This document shows, piece after piece, positions 19,666 through 29,648 of a stretch of DNA of 64,000 bases; position 1 is the first letter of the stretch; each line of letters begins with the position of its first letter. Origin of the DNA: Nitrosopumilus sp. Lineage in GTDB: Archaea; Thermoproteota; Nitrososphaeria; Nitrososphaerales; Nitrosopumilaceae. The notes beneath the pieces were generated by a model that worked only from the letters and a program-made list of their open reading frames with translations, did no database searches and was not told where the DNA came from. The translations under genes and the position numbers were made by a program. The DNA is taken from NCBI GenBank assembly GCA_965224195.1, contig OZ245040.1, positions 1,344,001-1,408,000 on the forward strand, in the 5' to 3' direction.

Positions 19666-20731
19666 ATGAGTTGCGTAATTACAAACAAAAATCTAACTTT
19701 TCTGTCATTTAATTCTTAATTTTATGGAATTGCAATGAATTCTTCTTTCCATTTAATCTTGAAACTGACAGTCCCACAAACAATTTCACTTATCACATCA
19801 TATCTGCATAATTTGTTTCTAAACACATCGCGATTTATCCGAAATTGCCTGACTTGTGCAATGACACGTTCAACTTTTATTCTAATTTTTGACCGCATCC
19901 TGTTCCACTTCTTTTGAGTAACAGTCAATTTTTTTCCTTTCTTTTTCTTGTATGGCAAAACACTTGCCTGTTCTAGAAAGTCTTTTTCCATCCCCAAATA
20001 TCCAAGATCATAAGACTGCGACAACCCTTCAGACAATGTTGGATGCTTTGATTTGTAAATTCTGCAATCATGATGGCTGCCAGGCGAATGTGCAGATTTG
20101 TGGACTGTTATCCCATCAAGATTTATGGTGACTTGATTTTGTACTGCATGTTTTTTCTTTTTGCCTGAATGGCGTGTCCTTCTTTTCTTTTTGTTTTTTG
20201 GTCTTGGGATGGGCTGTTCTGTGCCATCAGTGATTGCAATTAATTCCGGAAAGAATTCTTGCAATTCCTGCATGCCGTTAATCTTTTTTGAATCTGCATA
20301 TTTTTTGGCAGCAATTATAATGGACTGCTTCACTGCAGGCTCCAAACATCTGATGTTTCTCATTACGTTTGGTTTATCCAAATCAAACATCATCCCTGGC
20401 ATGTCATATGTTGTGTACATTCTGTAGTACATGAAAAACATTAGAATTCTGCCTTTGAAGGACAAGTCAAACTTGTGTCCTGCACCAATGTCCCTTTCTC
20501 TATTTTTGGACAATCCCTTTTGTTCTGCAGTTTTGCAATTTTTCTTTGTTTCCTTGTATAGGGAATCAAATTGTGGAACAGTTAGTCCTGCTATTGACAG
20601 GAATTGCTTTGGTTTTTTTGCCAGTTTTGTGCAATTAAACATGAATTGAAAATAATTCAGCCTTAGCTTTGGATCTTATGATTAGAAAATGTTGAGATTA
20701 TGCTCAAATTGGACTAGTTGCACAACTCATC
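19665..20731 (-). mobile_element. IS5-superfamily element (ISL2-like, HTH plus DDE_Tnp_4 type), about 1.07 kb, TA on both flanks
   Basis: Terminal inverted repeats GATGAGTTGCGTAATT / AGTTGCACAACTCATC; contains the 306-aa transposase ORF. Confidence 0.85.
19722..20642 (-). CDS. DDE transposase
   Basis: DGTEQPIPRP, SGKKKKH, GSHHD, DLGYLG, RIKVE motifs. Confidence 0.85.
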   Translation of the reverse strand: MFNCTKLAKKPKQFLSIAGLTVPQFDSLYKETKKNCKTAEQKGLSKNRERDIGAGHKFDLSFKGRILMFFMYYRMYTTYDMPGMMFDLDKPNVMRNIRCLEPAVKQSIIIAAKKYADSKKINGMQELQEFFPELIAITDGTEQPIPRPKNKKKRRTRHSGKKKKHAVQNQVTINLDGITVHKSAHSPGSHHDCRIYKSKHPTLSEGLSQSYDLGYLGMEKDFLEQASVLPYKKKKGKKLTVTQKKWNRMRSKIRIKVERVIAQVRQFRINRDVFRNKLCRYDVISEIVCGTVSFKIKWKEEFIAIP

Positions 20732-21046
20732 TACATCAGAATTGATGCCAGGTAGACAAATGATAGATAATTCTCACAGTTCTTTTCACAACGAATTCTA
20801 GTCTTGTGAGATCCACATTTGAGCCAGGCAAAGAATCCCTCAACTACAAATCCTGTCTTGTTGTAATTGCTGTAACTATACTTTTCATTGCTGCTTTTCT
20901 TGAAATTTCTTTTTGGAATGCATGGGGTGATGTTTCTATTCTTCAAACAATCTCTGATTGTCATACTGTCATATCGCCCCTTTTTTAAAATGGATAGATG
21001 AGGAATCAACTGATGCTTTTTGCAGGTTGATCTTGTTTTGCTTGTG
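20732..21046 (-). mobile_element. IS5 (IS427-like) transposase remnant with internal deletion
   Basis: VVEGFFAWLKCG...ENYLSFVYLAS, paralogous to 25444-25845; the orfA end is joined directly to the YDS motif. Confidence 0.75.
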
Positions 21047-21049
21047 TCA

Positions 21050-21585
21050 CCATGATGTATTCCGACTAGGCTCTATTCCTACAGATGTAATCTCAGGCAT
21101 GCATTTACAAAACGCTCAGCAGGATCTGACATGAAAACACAATTAATTTGTGCAGTTGTAATCCAACATCATCCCATATCTCATGACACAAAGCATTTCC
21201 CAAAATTATTCTCTCAAATGCTTGATATCATTTCAATGAATGTTATGGTGTCAGACAAGGGATATGATGCAGAACCCGTACACAAGATGATTCGAAATGA
21301 GAATGTTCTATCTATGATTCCTGTAAGAAACAAAGACTGCCTGATTGGCAGAACAAAAGGAGGATACAGAAAATTGATGAGGCAAGAATTTGATTGTTCA
21401 TTGTACCATGAGCGAAACAAGACTGAGACGATATTTTCTGTAGTTAAAAGAAGGTTTGACTCTGAAATCAAGTCGTATGATAATACCATAAAGACAAAAG
21501 AGCTGGCTGTACCGTGTGCTGGCTTGTTGTCACAGGACGTGTGTCATTTCCTTGGTTTGGATTGTGGTTTCCAGGAAGCCTCTAA
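21050..21585 (+). mobile_element. 3-prime fragment of an archaeal IS4/IS5-like DDE transposase
   Basis: HDTKHF, DKGYDAE, IPVR, YHERNKTETIFSVVKRRF. Confidence 0.75.
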
Positions 21586-21660
21586 ATCAGAATATTTCAC
21601 ATATTATTTAGATAAAAGTGAGACTAGGTTGTTTTTCATCTAAAAATAACTTCACACAAT

Positions 21661-22797
21661 TCAATAACCCCTGTAATAAAAATCACTAAATATAGGTGTA
21701 GAATAACTGATTGTGTGGCTTGGGTCCCATGTTCCGTCTTTTACTTTATTCATATACGTGTTCATTGCATTTACAGTTTTTCCTACGTTGCCACCATAAG
21801 GCAGATCAAAAACACAATAATCATGATATCGATCTGAGCCAGTTATTGGATCATCATGCCCAAAATACGAAGAACAGTCTTTTTGATCCAAATATACCCT
21901 CAACCCACCATCTGAAACCTTGGCAGGCCCCTCCACCTTAACTTGTGGCTCAAAACTATCATCATACCTGGAAGAAGGTGCATAACCTTTAGACGTGAAT
22001 ATCTCTAATCTACATATCGATGTTCCTGCACAACTCCTTTCATATTCTTTTCCTACCCAATCCTCAGACTTTACATAGTTTACCATGTTTTTTTGTATGT
22101 ATGACGGATCCTCATCTGGGCTAAGCTCATGCAAGCAATATTTGTCATACAGGAATTCTTCTAGATTTGGTTCATAACTATGAAAAAAGGCTATACTTCC
22201 CTCATTGCGTGCAAAAGCAACACTTTCCTCTAAAGTTTGTGCTTCATTATATGTAAAAAACCTATCAAAATAACTTACATCGACTAATGTTATCAGTCTA
22301 GCACAAGCATGTTCATCCCAAAAAACACTGGTGCCGTCATCTGATATATACGGCATGCTTAGTGCGGATGTGTCGATATAATCTACACCTAAAATGGAAA
22401 ATGAAAGTAAGGCAAAATGAACTATAAAAGGAGTAAATGTACTTACCCGATACTCATCAGATGGGTGAGGCAATGTAATTATAAGGTGCAATCTATTGTA
22501 TATTTTTTCAACACTTACTATGGTTGTCTTTGATTCAAAACCAGGCTGTATCTCGTCATACTTTAATGTAAAATCAACAAAGCCCCAACCCCTATCTATC
22601 AATGTATCAGCTGATGACTCTTTTACACAAGCATATGATTTTCCATTTGATTTAAAGAGTAAAACGTAACTGTCTTTGCATACGTTGCTATCTTCCATCG
22701 TAAAATCATATGCAAAATCCTCTGCAAATGCAGAAACTGAAGAGGCTGCTGAAACTGCAATCAATGCAAAAACCATCCAAACTGTTTTTTTCTGCAT
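21661..22797 (-). CDS. Secreted Cys-containing protein with thaumarchaeal N-terminal domain
   Basis: Signal peptide; CKDSYVLLFKS..ACVKESSADTLIDRGWG motif. Confidence 0.75.
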   Translation of the reverse strand: MQKKTVWMVFALIAVSAASSVSAFAEDFAYDFTMEDSNVCKDSYVLLFKSNGKSYACVKESSADTLIDRGWGFVDFTLKYDEIQPGFESKTTIVSVEKIYNRLHLIITLPHPSDEYRVSTFTPFIVHFALLSFSILGVDYIDTSALSMPYISDDGTSVFWDEHACARLITLVDVSYFDRFFTYNEAQTLEESVAFARNEGSIAFFHSYEPNLEEFLYDKYCLHELSPDEDPSYIQKNMVNYVKSEDWVGKEYERSCAGTSICRLEIFTSKGYAPSSRYDDSFEPQVKVEGPAKVSDGGLRVYLDQKDCSSYFGHDDPITGSDRYHDYCVFDLPYGGNVGKTVNAMNTYMNKVKDGTWDPSHTISYSTPIFSDFYYRGY

Positions 22798-22899
22798 AAT
22801 TTAACTCAGATCAAACGATTCTAAAATACCTATTTACTAGGAGTTAACAGGAATTTCACGTCTCCATCATACCAAGCTTTTCGATCTATTGTGTAATAA

Positions 22900-23025
22900 T
22901 CACCGTTCAGGAATGACAAATGTGGGCATAGAGTCATGCATTGCAGCTGCTAACATGACAATAGTAATTGACCAAAATGCAATAAATGTACAAACACCTG
23001 TAATAATTACAATTTTTTTATTCAT
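22900..23025 (-). pseudogene. Truncated small membrane-anchored protein (paralogue of 23519-23760)
   Basis: MNKKIVII...FW...MHDSMPT followed by an early TGA. Confidence 0.5.
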
Positions 23026-23111
23026 GTTAAGACAGATACGAGATTAACATTATTAATCCAAAACAGATGACAACAACCAAGAAACCTACCAATATGGATG
23101 CTTTTAATGTG

Positions 23112-23375
23112 CTAAGGGATAACATCTAACTCCCCAACAATACTTGCATATTCTGATAAAACCTTCGGAGTAGATGGATGACAGAACTCCCACTCTGTTA
23201 TCGTTTTGCCTTCAGGATCCCCGATGGATTTTAGGAATTCTGGATATTTTTGGATACATACATCCAACCATGCCCTATCTTCCAAGTGGAGTAAAAGACT
23301 GTTTATTGTAACTATAAGTAGAGAGACCAAAATAAGAGTTACAAAAATGTAAAACGCATATTTTTTCTTACTCAT
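23112..23375 (-). CDS. Small single-pass membrane protein
   Basis: KKK then a hydrophobic helix and two Cys; short duplication at the start. Confidence 0.6.
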   Translation of the reverse strand: MSKKKYAFYIFVTLILVSLLIVTINSLLLHLEDRAWLDVCIQKYPEFLKSIGDPEGKTITEWEFCHPSTPKVLSEYASIVGELDVIP

Positions 23376-23518
23376 ATTTTTTCTTACTCATATTTATTGT
23401 TTTATTTAACGTTTAATTCATTGATAATATTTTTCCAAGGTGAGAAAATACTATATGATTTACCGGGTTTACACACAGTAAAGTCAAAAGTGTTTTTTCC
23501 ATGAATTTTTCTGTTAAT

Positions 23519-23760
23519 CTAAATACAATTATTTGTATATAATTCCACAAGTGAATCATATCCGCCTGTAATTGTTTTTCTGTTCTTTGATTCTAAAAAT
23601 CTACCCAGAAATTCATCTAATGTTTCAGTACAATTTTTTGGGATTGGAAGTGTTATAATTGTAGGCATTGAGTCATGCATTGACAAATAAGCTAATGAAA
23701 AAAACCTATCCAAAATGTAAGAAAAATTACTAATATAATAATTACAATTTTTTTATTCAA
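23519..23760 (-). pseudogene. Small membrane-anchored protein, frameshifted in a T7 tract
   Basis: TTG-NKKIVIIILVIFLTFWIGFF joins SLAYLSMHDSMPT if one T is added. Confidence 0.55.
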
Positions 23761-23762
23761 TT

Positions 23763-25436
23763 TTAAGGCCAATTAAAATGATAGCTAGATCTGAGCTGTG
23801 TCATGTAATTTGTATGACGACAAACTTGGTCAGAGTCTATGTAAAGTGCACATCCATTTTCATCAATCATTGCAGTACCGTTTGAATAAACCATAAGATA
23901 CGGAAATCCATGATTATCAGAAAAATCAGATTGTATGTAATCATTCATGGTAGCAAAACATTTACGTAAATTACTACCATCATTATAAAATATACAGTAT
24001 GGTTTGCCTTTGATATCTATTGTTATTGGTTTTAACATTGTTATACGTTGACAGTCTTTTCCCATACCTTTAGAAAGTGCACATCCATTTTCATCAATCA
24101 TTGCAGTACCGTTTGAATAAACCATAAGATACGGTCCATGATCTGTAAATGAAGATCCTTGGTATTGTTTTAATTCCTGAATATTCCTAAAACATGCATA
24201 AAGATCAGACCAATCAGGATAAAAGATACAATATGGCTCATATCTACGATCAAGTTTGTCAAGCGGTTCTGCTAATTCTATCAAGGAATCCATTGAAGTA
24301 CCACTATCCAAGTTTACATTTACACATGCATTAAGATTGACAGGACAGTGATGCATGTATTGTTGATTTTCATTATCTGGTGAAAATTGCATGACACCTT
24401 CTTTGTCTGGATATGCTTCTAGCAATTCTTTGATATATTCTGATGGAAATGAGGTGTTGTCATGCAACCACTGTTTCATGTCATCAGTATCAATAGTTTC
24501 TAAAAATTTTGCAAGTTTATCTATTGGAGGCAGAATTTCATTGCCTTGTGTTGGAATGGTAACTTTTTCAGGGGTTGTATCAACAGGATACTTTTTTACG
24601 GTACCATCTGTGTTGTTGATGGAGTCAATAGAACCAAACCCATCTATTTGAGGCCATGGTACATCATAAAAAGTTACAATATTTCCCGTAACCCTTGGAT
24701 AGACATAATGCAATAGACTATTCTTTCCTATTATTATAGGACTATCAATGTGATCTAGTTTGTCATTTACACTCATTTTTATTTCAAAAATCTGCCCATC
24801 AGCAGTATTATTGAAGAAAAAATTAACAAGTGTGGTATGTGTAGTTTTTCTGTATTGCTCATCAAAGCCAGTATAGTCGATTATAGAGCCGGGATTTAAG
24901 ACAGCTGTCTTGTTTGAATGCGTTACAAATAAGGCATCATCATAACAAATTGATCTGGGCATTTCTAGCTGTTCTACTATCTCATCATCTTCATCAAATA
25001 TTGCAAATGTATGATTATAACTAATTATAAACTCGTCACCAAGTCTTACCTGTTTTGGCATGTTAACAGAGATGTTCTTTGGGTATTCAGCACATATATG
25101 AGTAATTGATGATACATGCTGGCTGGTTTGTAAAGTCAGTACATCAGAACTTGGAACATCAATGACATTAGTTTTTTCAGATGATGTTTTAAGAGTTGTT
25201 TGCAAACTGAGTTTTTGCATTAGTTTATCACTACTACATACAACTTTTCCATTATCACGTAATGCTATTTTGTGTTCTGGGTTTTTGCACTGTATGTTAT
25301 CTAGTGGAACGCCATTTGCATATTGTTTTAGTATTGATGAAATGCCATCTCCTGGCAGCTGGTTTGCAAATGCACTGCCAGGTACAAGCAATACAGCAGA
25401 AAACATCACTACAGATGCCAGAAGATGAGGTTTCAT
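23763..25436 (-). CDS. Secreted Cys-rich protein with duplicated C-terminal module
   Basis: Likely start MKPHLLASVV (signal peptide); upstream ORF extension is IS sequence; two PYCIFY...PYLMVYSNGTAMIDENGCAL units. Confidence 0.75.
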   Translation of the reverse strand: MKPHLLASVVMFSAVLLVPGSAFANQLPGDGISSILKQYANGVPLDNIQCKNPEHKIALRDNGKVVCSSDKLMQKLSLQTTLKTSSEKTNVIDVPSSDVLTLQTSQHVSSITHICAEYPKNISVNMPKQVRLGDEFIISYNHTFAIFDEDDEIVEQLEMPRSICYDDALFVTHSNKTAVLNPGSIIDYTGFDEQYRKTTHTTLVNFFFNNTADGQIFEIKMSVNDKLDHIDSPIIIGKNSLLHYVYPRVTGNIVTFYDVPWPQIDGFGSIDSINNTDGTVKKYPVDTTPEKVTIPTQGNEILPPIDKLAKFLETIDTDDMKQWLHDNTSFPSEYIKELLEAYPDKEGVMQFSPDNENQQYMHHCPVNLNACVNVNLDSGTSMDSLIELAEPLDKLDRRYEPYCIFYPDWSDLYACFRNIQELKQYQGSSFTDHGPYLMVYSNGTAMIDENGCALSKGMGKDCQRITMLKPITIDIKGKPYCIFYNDGSNLRKCFATMNDYIQSDFSDNHGFPYLMVYSNGTAMIDENGCALYIDSDQVCRHTNYMTQLRSSYHFNWP

Positions 25437-25440
25437 AATC

Positions 25441-26186
25441 AACTCATCCCAATACTCTCCAGTACATAATGATTGATGCCAGGTAAACAAGTCCAAGATA
25501 GTTCTCGCAGTTCCTTTCATATCTTATGGCAGTTCTTCTAAATCCACACTTGAGCCATGCAAAGAATCTCTCCACTACAAACATGGTCCTGCTGTAATTG
25601 CTTTGCATGTTTTTTGGCACAACAAGCTTGAAATTATTCCTGTATGGAATGCAGCAAACCATTCCGTTGCATCTCAGATAGTCTCTGATGCATCTTGCAT
25701 CATGGCCCTTCTCTGCATGGACTGAAACAGTCCCTTCTGCCATCTCATCATCATCATCCAAAAACTCTGAAATGTTTTGCATGACATCAATGAATTTTGT
25801 ACTGTCATGAATATTTGCAGTACTCATTACAATTGATATTGGCAATCCGTTTTGCTCTGCTGCAACATGTATCTTTGTGCCTAGAATCTTCTTGAATCCG
25901 TCATATCCAGTTACGTTGCCCCCCTTTTTTTATTGTGGATTGTTGATGAGTCAGCTGATATTTTCTGCATGTTAATCTTGTTTTGCTTGTATGCTGATTT
26001 TATTGCACATCTGAGAATCTTTTTTCAAATTCCTTTCTGCTGCAGATTTTGGAATCTCCTGTGTGCAGATGATTTGGAGCCATACCTTGAAGGCAGGTCA
26101 ATCCATCTGCAGCCCGTAATCAGTACAAACATTATTGCATCAATTGTGGTCCTGTCGTCTGCTCTTGGCCACTTGTGGCATTTGGG
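25441..26186 (-). mobile_element. IS5 family (IS427-like, orfA/orfB) element, 5-prime truncated and inactive
   Basis: orfA PRADDR..TGCRWIDLP..YG with internal TGA; A7G6 slippery site at 25919-25931; orfB TKIHV, ANIHD, VVERFFAWLK. Confidence 0.8.
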
Positions 26187-26938
26187 TTAACTCCAAACCA
26201 AAGTAAAATATTTTTCTATTTAGGGAAAATTGGTGCAAAAACTGCCTCAGATATTGCAAAAGCTGTTGGGTACCAAGAAGTGAAACATATCATTTACTAA
26301 CAGCATTACAAAACAAAGGAATTGTAGAAGCATCATTTCAACACCCAATTCAATTTTCAGCATTAACAATCAAAAACGCAATTAATCTTCTAATCAGTAC
26401 AGAAACAGAAAGATTAAACAAATTAAAAAAATCAGGACCAGAACTAGAAGAAATATGGGAAAAAGTTCCAAATGCTACATCAACAATTGAAGAAGACGAA
26501 GAAGAAAAATTCAAAGTATTACAAGGAGGAAATCAAGTTAATAGTAAAATTTTTGATATGATATTAAATGCAAAAGAAGAATGCAGAATTTTAGGTTCAG
26601 AAAAAGACTTTATGAAGTTTTATCATGCAAACTTTCTTGATGCATTAGAAGAGAGAAAAATAGATTACAAATTATTAACTCCAATTACAAAAAAATCAAA
26701 ATACATTTTTGAAGATAACCATCAATCTAAAGTCAAAAAATTATGTTCATCAGTAAAAGGAAACTTGTGCTTTTTGATCAAAGATGATGATGAAGTGTTA
26801 TTTTTTATCAAAAATGAAGGCAATAATAAAGAAATGAGAGCAATTTGGACAAACTCTGAAACTATCATTTGTTCTAAAGCATTATTGTTTAACAGTATTT
26901 GGTCAAAATCAGATTCAACTGAGGTAGATAGTCAATGA
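26181..26938 (+). pseudogene. TrmB-family transcriptional regulator, N-terminally truncated and frameshifted
   Basis: FGLTPNQSKIF..TASDIAK, then PRSETYHLL..LQNKGIV in a shifted frame (about 26270); abuts the IS remnant. Confidence 0.75.
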
Positions 26939-27039
26939 GCAGATGTAGTTGTGGATACAGCACTAGATGCAGAGATGAATTTTGTGCACATTTAGCAGAA
27001 ACTTGGAATGATTTTAGAAACGTACACGATTTAAGATAA
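26935..27039 (+). CDS. Putative 34-aa C2H2-like zinc-binding protein
   Basis: MSRCSCGYST...FCAHL...H; ATGA overlap with the TrmB stop. Confidence 0.45.
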   Translation: MSRCSCGYSTRCRDEFCAHLAETWNDFRNVHDLR

Positions 27040-27453
27040 TTAAACTAAGGAATCATCATTAACTTCAATAGGTTTACGGCCCATAAAACCAGAATCTTTT
27101 TCATGCCAGAATTTAATTTCAGTCTCACCGTATTTCCAACAGAGCCAAACTTCCTCTTCAAATCGTTTGGATGGAAAATCAAGTAATCCTTGTTCAATAC
27201 TTTTTACGACTACGCCAGTATTTTCCAATATTTCCACAGAATCATAGAATTTAGTAATTGCAGAATTTAGTTTTTGTTTTAGATTAACATAAGATTCAAA
27301 GGAATTCGTAGTAGAGATGCTAATTTGTAATTCTTGTTCAATTTTTCTTACTTCAGTATTTTTTACAAGAGCATATTCAAATTTCTTTATCACATCAGGT
27401 AATGCAGTGTTTGCTTCATTTGTAGTAAAAAACGAAAACATGTAATTTCTCAT
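27040..27453 (-). CDS. DUF2203-family protein
   Basis: FTTNEAN..LP, GLLDFP, VWLCWKYGE..I.FWH..GF.GRKP. Confidence 0.85.
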   Translation of the reverse strand: MRNYMFSFFTTNEANTALPDVIKKFEYALVKNTEVRKIEQELQISISTTNSFESYVNLKQKLNSAITKFYDSVEILENTGVVVKSIEQGLLDFPSKRFEEEVWLCWKYGETEIKFWHEKDSGFMGRKPIEVNDDSLV

Positions 27454-27500
27454 AAAATAGAGATTAAAAATCTTAGGTGCAGATTTATTAAGAAATAAAA

Positions 27501-27791
27501 TTGAGAATATTCATGAGTGAGGATCAATTAGAGGCATTAATTATTCAAGTAATCAATGGAGCAGTAACTACAATTCCATCATATCTAGATGAAATTAAAG
27601 AAAACAAAGAAATGTTAAAAGTTGAAAACCCACAAGAGTTTGTTTATGGAATAGTAATGGGAATGGCACTTGGAATGGGAGGAGCAATACTCAGCGCTCA
27701 AAAAGAAATGCCAACAGAAGAAGATCAAATAAAAATTAGAGATATAGTATACAAGCATATTCCAGAAATAAGAGAACGAATTTTTAGTTGA
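27501..27791 (+). CDS. Hypothetical protein
   Basis: 96-aa ORF. Confidence 0.7.
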   Translation: MRIFMSEDQLEALIIQVINGAVTTIPSYLDEIKENKEMLKVENPQEFVYGIVMGMALGMGGAILSAQKEMPTEEDQIKIRDIVYKHIPEIRERIFS

Positions 27792-28186
27792 TTGAATTTA
27801 ACGGTAAAGAAAAAAAATTTCTAAACGAATTAGAAGAAGCAAGAATAGATACATCACATGACAATATTCCACATGTAAAACCAGTGTCATTTGTATTTGT
27901 AGATAATTCAATTATTGTGGCAACTGACTATAACACAAGAACATACAATAACATCAAAATAAATTCAAAGACAGGAATTGTAATTGATATTTACAAAACT
28001 GGAGAACATAAAGCAATCTGCATTCAAGGCGATGTAGAAATAATTGAAGCCGGATCTGATTTTAAAAAATTCTATAGTATTTTTTATAAAAAATTTACAT
28101 GGGTAAGAAAAGACCCATGGAAAGAAAACGAAGCCCCATTTTTGAAAATCATACCCAATAACAAAATTAGTTGGGGATTATCCTAA
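27788..28186 (+). CDS. Pyridoxamine 5-phosphate oxidase-like flavin-binding protein
   Basis: PHVKPVSFV, NIKIN, IQGDVEII, SWG end. Confidence 0.75.
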   Translation: MIEFNGKEKKFLNELEEARIDTSHDNIPHVKPVSFVFVDNSIIVATDYNTRTYNNIKINSKTGIVIDIYKTGEHKAICIQGDVEIIEAGSDFKKFYSIFYKKFTWVRKDPWKENEAPFLKIIPNNKISWGLS

Positions 28187-28548
28187 GAAATTACTTCTTG
28201 TTCAATTTGAGACAAGAGCCCCTGAACAGAGATGGGTTTTCTTAAGACTGACCGAATTCCTATATTCAATAGTTCTTGTTCTTGGATAGGATTCATTTCA
28301 AGGGCACTGACAATTACCACTTTAGATAACCCTGAAGGACGTCTATGCTTTAGGTCTAAAAGGAAATCCACTCCACTATACTTTGGCATACACATGTCAA
28401 GTAAAATTAAATCATAGTCTTTGTAGACTGCCAATTCCAAACCAGCTCTACCATCAGATACACTGTCAAAATCATAATTTTTAGTAGATAAAATGTCTGC
28501 AAAAATCTGGCTTATTTCAGATACATCTTCAATATGAAGTATTTCCAT
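28183..28548 (-). CDS. Single-domain response regulator
   Basis: ILHIED, LLDMCMP..SG, VVIVSA, KP. Confidence 0.85.
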   Translation of the reverse strand: MEILHIEDVSEISQIFADILSTKNYDFDSVSDGRAGLELAVYKDYDLILLDMCMPKYSGVDFLLDLKHRRPSGLSKVVIVSALEMNPIQEQELLNIGIRSVLRKPISVQGLLSQIEQEVIS

Positions 28549-28670
28549 ACTATATGAAATAAAGTTAGAGTGATAAGAACAAGTTTGCTCATTTGAACAA
28601 ACTAGAATATTTATCAAAATACATCATAGATTTGAATTGCTTCTAAAACTTTTAGAATATGGAATATTTT

Positions 28671-28778
28671 TTATTTATGACAATCACAATTACAGATATC
28701 AGGAACACATCTATGAGATAAACAGTCTTTGCAGCCTTTACTTCGTCCACTTTTTACCCTTAACCAATCTTTATCCAA
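28671..28778 (-). CDS. Putative 35-aa Cys-rich protein
   Basis: CKDCLSHRC...CNCDCHK; start uncertain. Confidence 0.4.
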   Translation of the reverse strand: MDKDWLRVKSGRSKGCKDCLSHRCVPDICNCDCHK

Positions 28779-28837
28779 TTCGTAATTTCTTGAAGAAATA
28801 CTAACAAATAAAGAGATGAAATTATTTTACACTTGTA

Positions 28838-29116
28838 TCGAGTAACAAGATAAAATGTTCCCACATACTAGTAGCAAAACAAAGTGAAGCATTAATCATT
28901 CTAGAAAAGATCAAAAACGGTGAAAAATTTGCTAATTTGGCAAAAGAATTTTCAACTGACACAGGCAGTGGCAAAAAAGAAGGGAATCTAGGCTATTTTA
29001 CAAAAGGAATGATGGTAAAACCATTTGAAGATGCAGCATTCAGACTTCAAGTTGGAGAAATTTCAGAACCAATCAAATCAGAGTTTGGATATCACATTAT
29101 CAAAAGACAAGGATAA
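28838..29116 (+). pseudogene. Parvulin-type peptidyl-prolyl isomerase lacking a canonical start codon
   Basis: SNKIKCSHILV, FANLAKEFSTD, GNLG, GMMVKPFEDAAF, SEFGYHIIKR; TCG at the expected start, in-frame TGA upstream. Confidence 0.85.
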
Positions 29117-29117
29117 T

Positions 29118-29267
29118 TCAAAGTGAAGATTTTGATTGTTTAACCTTTTCAAAATCATCATTAATTTTCTGACTAATTTTCTTAAAATCTTCTTTAATTT
29201 CCTTGTGGAGTTTTTTCTCTTTTTGAACTAAATCTCTCATTTCTTTTGATTTGTTACTAATTGACAA
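29118..29267 (-). CDS. Putative small coiled-coil protein
   Basis: 49-aa K/E-rich ORF filling the gap. Confidence 0.4.
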   Translation of the reverse strand: MSISNKSKEMRDLVQKEKKLHKEIKEDFKKISQKINDDFEKVKQSKSSL

Positions 29268-29375
29268 TACTCAATAATGAATTTGAACAGTTTAGAAGAT
29301 AATTATCAATTTCAACATCTAAAAAACCAAAATAAAATACACAACATTTTTTTCAGCTAAAAAAGGGACAAAAAT

Positions 29376-29648
29376 ATGGTGCTAGATGACAAAATTCTGG
29401 ATGAAATCTTGGATTATCTAGAAAAATCAATTAATAATTTAGCAAAAGAAGCATTTGAGAATCTTGAATTGGAAGGAGGGTTTCAAGGAGTGGAAAATTT
29501 TCTTAAAAATCAATACGATATTAGATTAGAAAATCTATTGTCTGCAAAAAAGAGCAGTATACACCATTTAGAGTCTAGTATGAAAAATAAAATAATTCAA
29601 AGAAAACAATCTATTTTTGAAAACATTACAAGTAAATATCAAAATTAG
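29376..29648 (+). CDS. Hypothetical protein
   Basis: 90-aa ORF. Confidence 0.65.
   Translation: MVLDDKILDEILDYLEKSINNLAKEAFENLELEGGFQGVENFLKNQYDIRLENLLSAKKSSIHHLESSMKNKIIQRKQSIFENITSKYQN

Noticed and set aside
25437-25520. N-terminal extension of the 585-aa ORF
   Set aside because: Off-frame IS sequence; the signal peptide begins at 25436.
25919-25931. A7G6 tract as phase variation
   Set aside because: It is the usual programmed frameshift site of IS427-like IS5 elements.
17940-26190. Integrative element or provirus with attL/attR at tRNA-Phe
   Set aside because: No duplicated tRNA 3-prime end, integrase or viral genes seen in the window.
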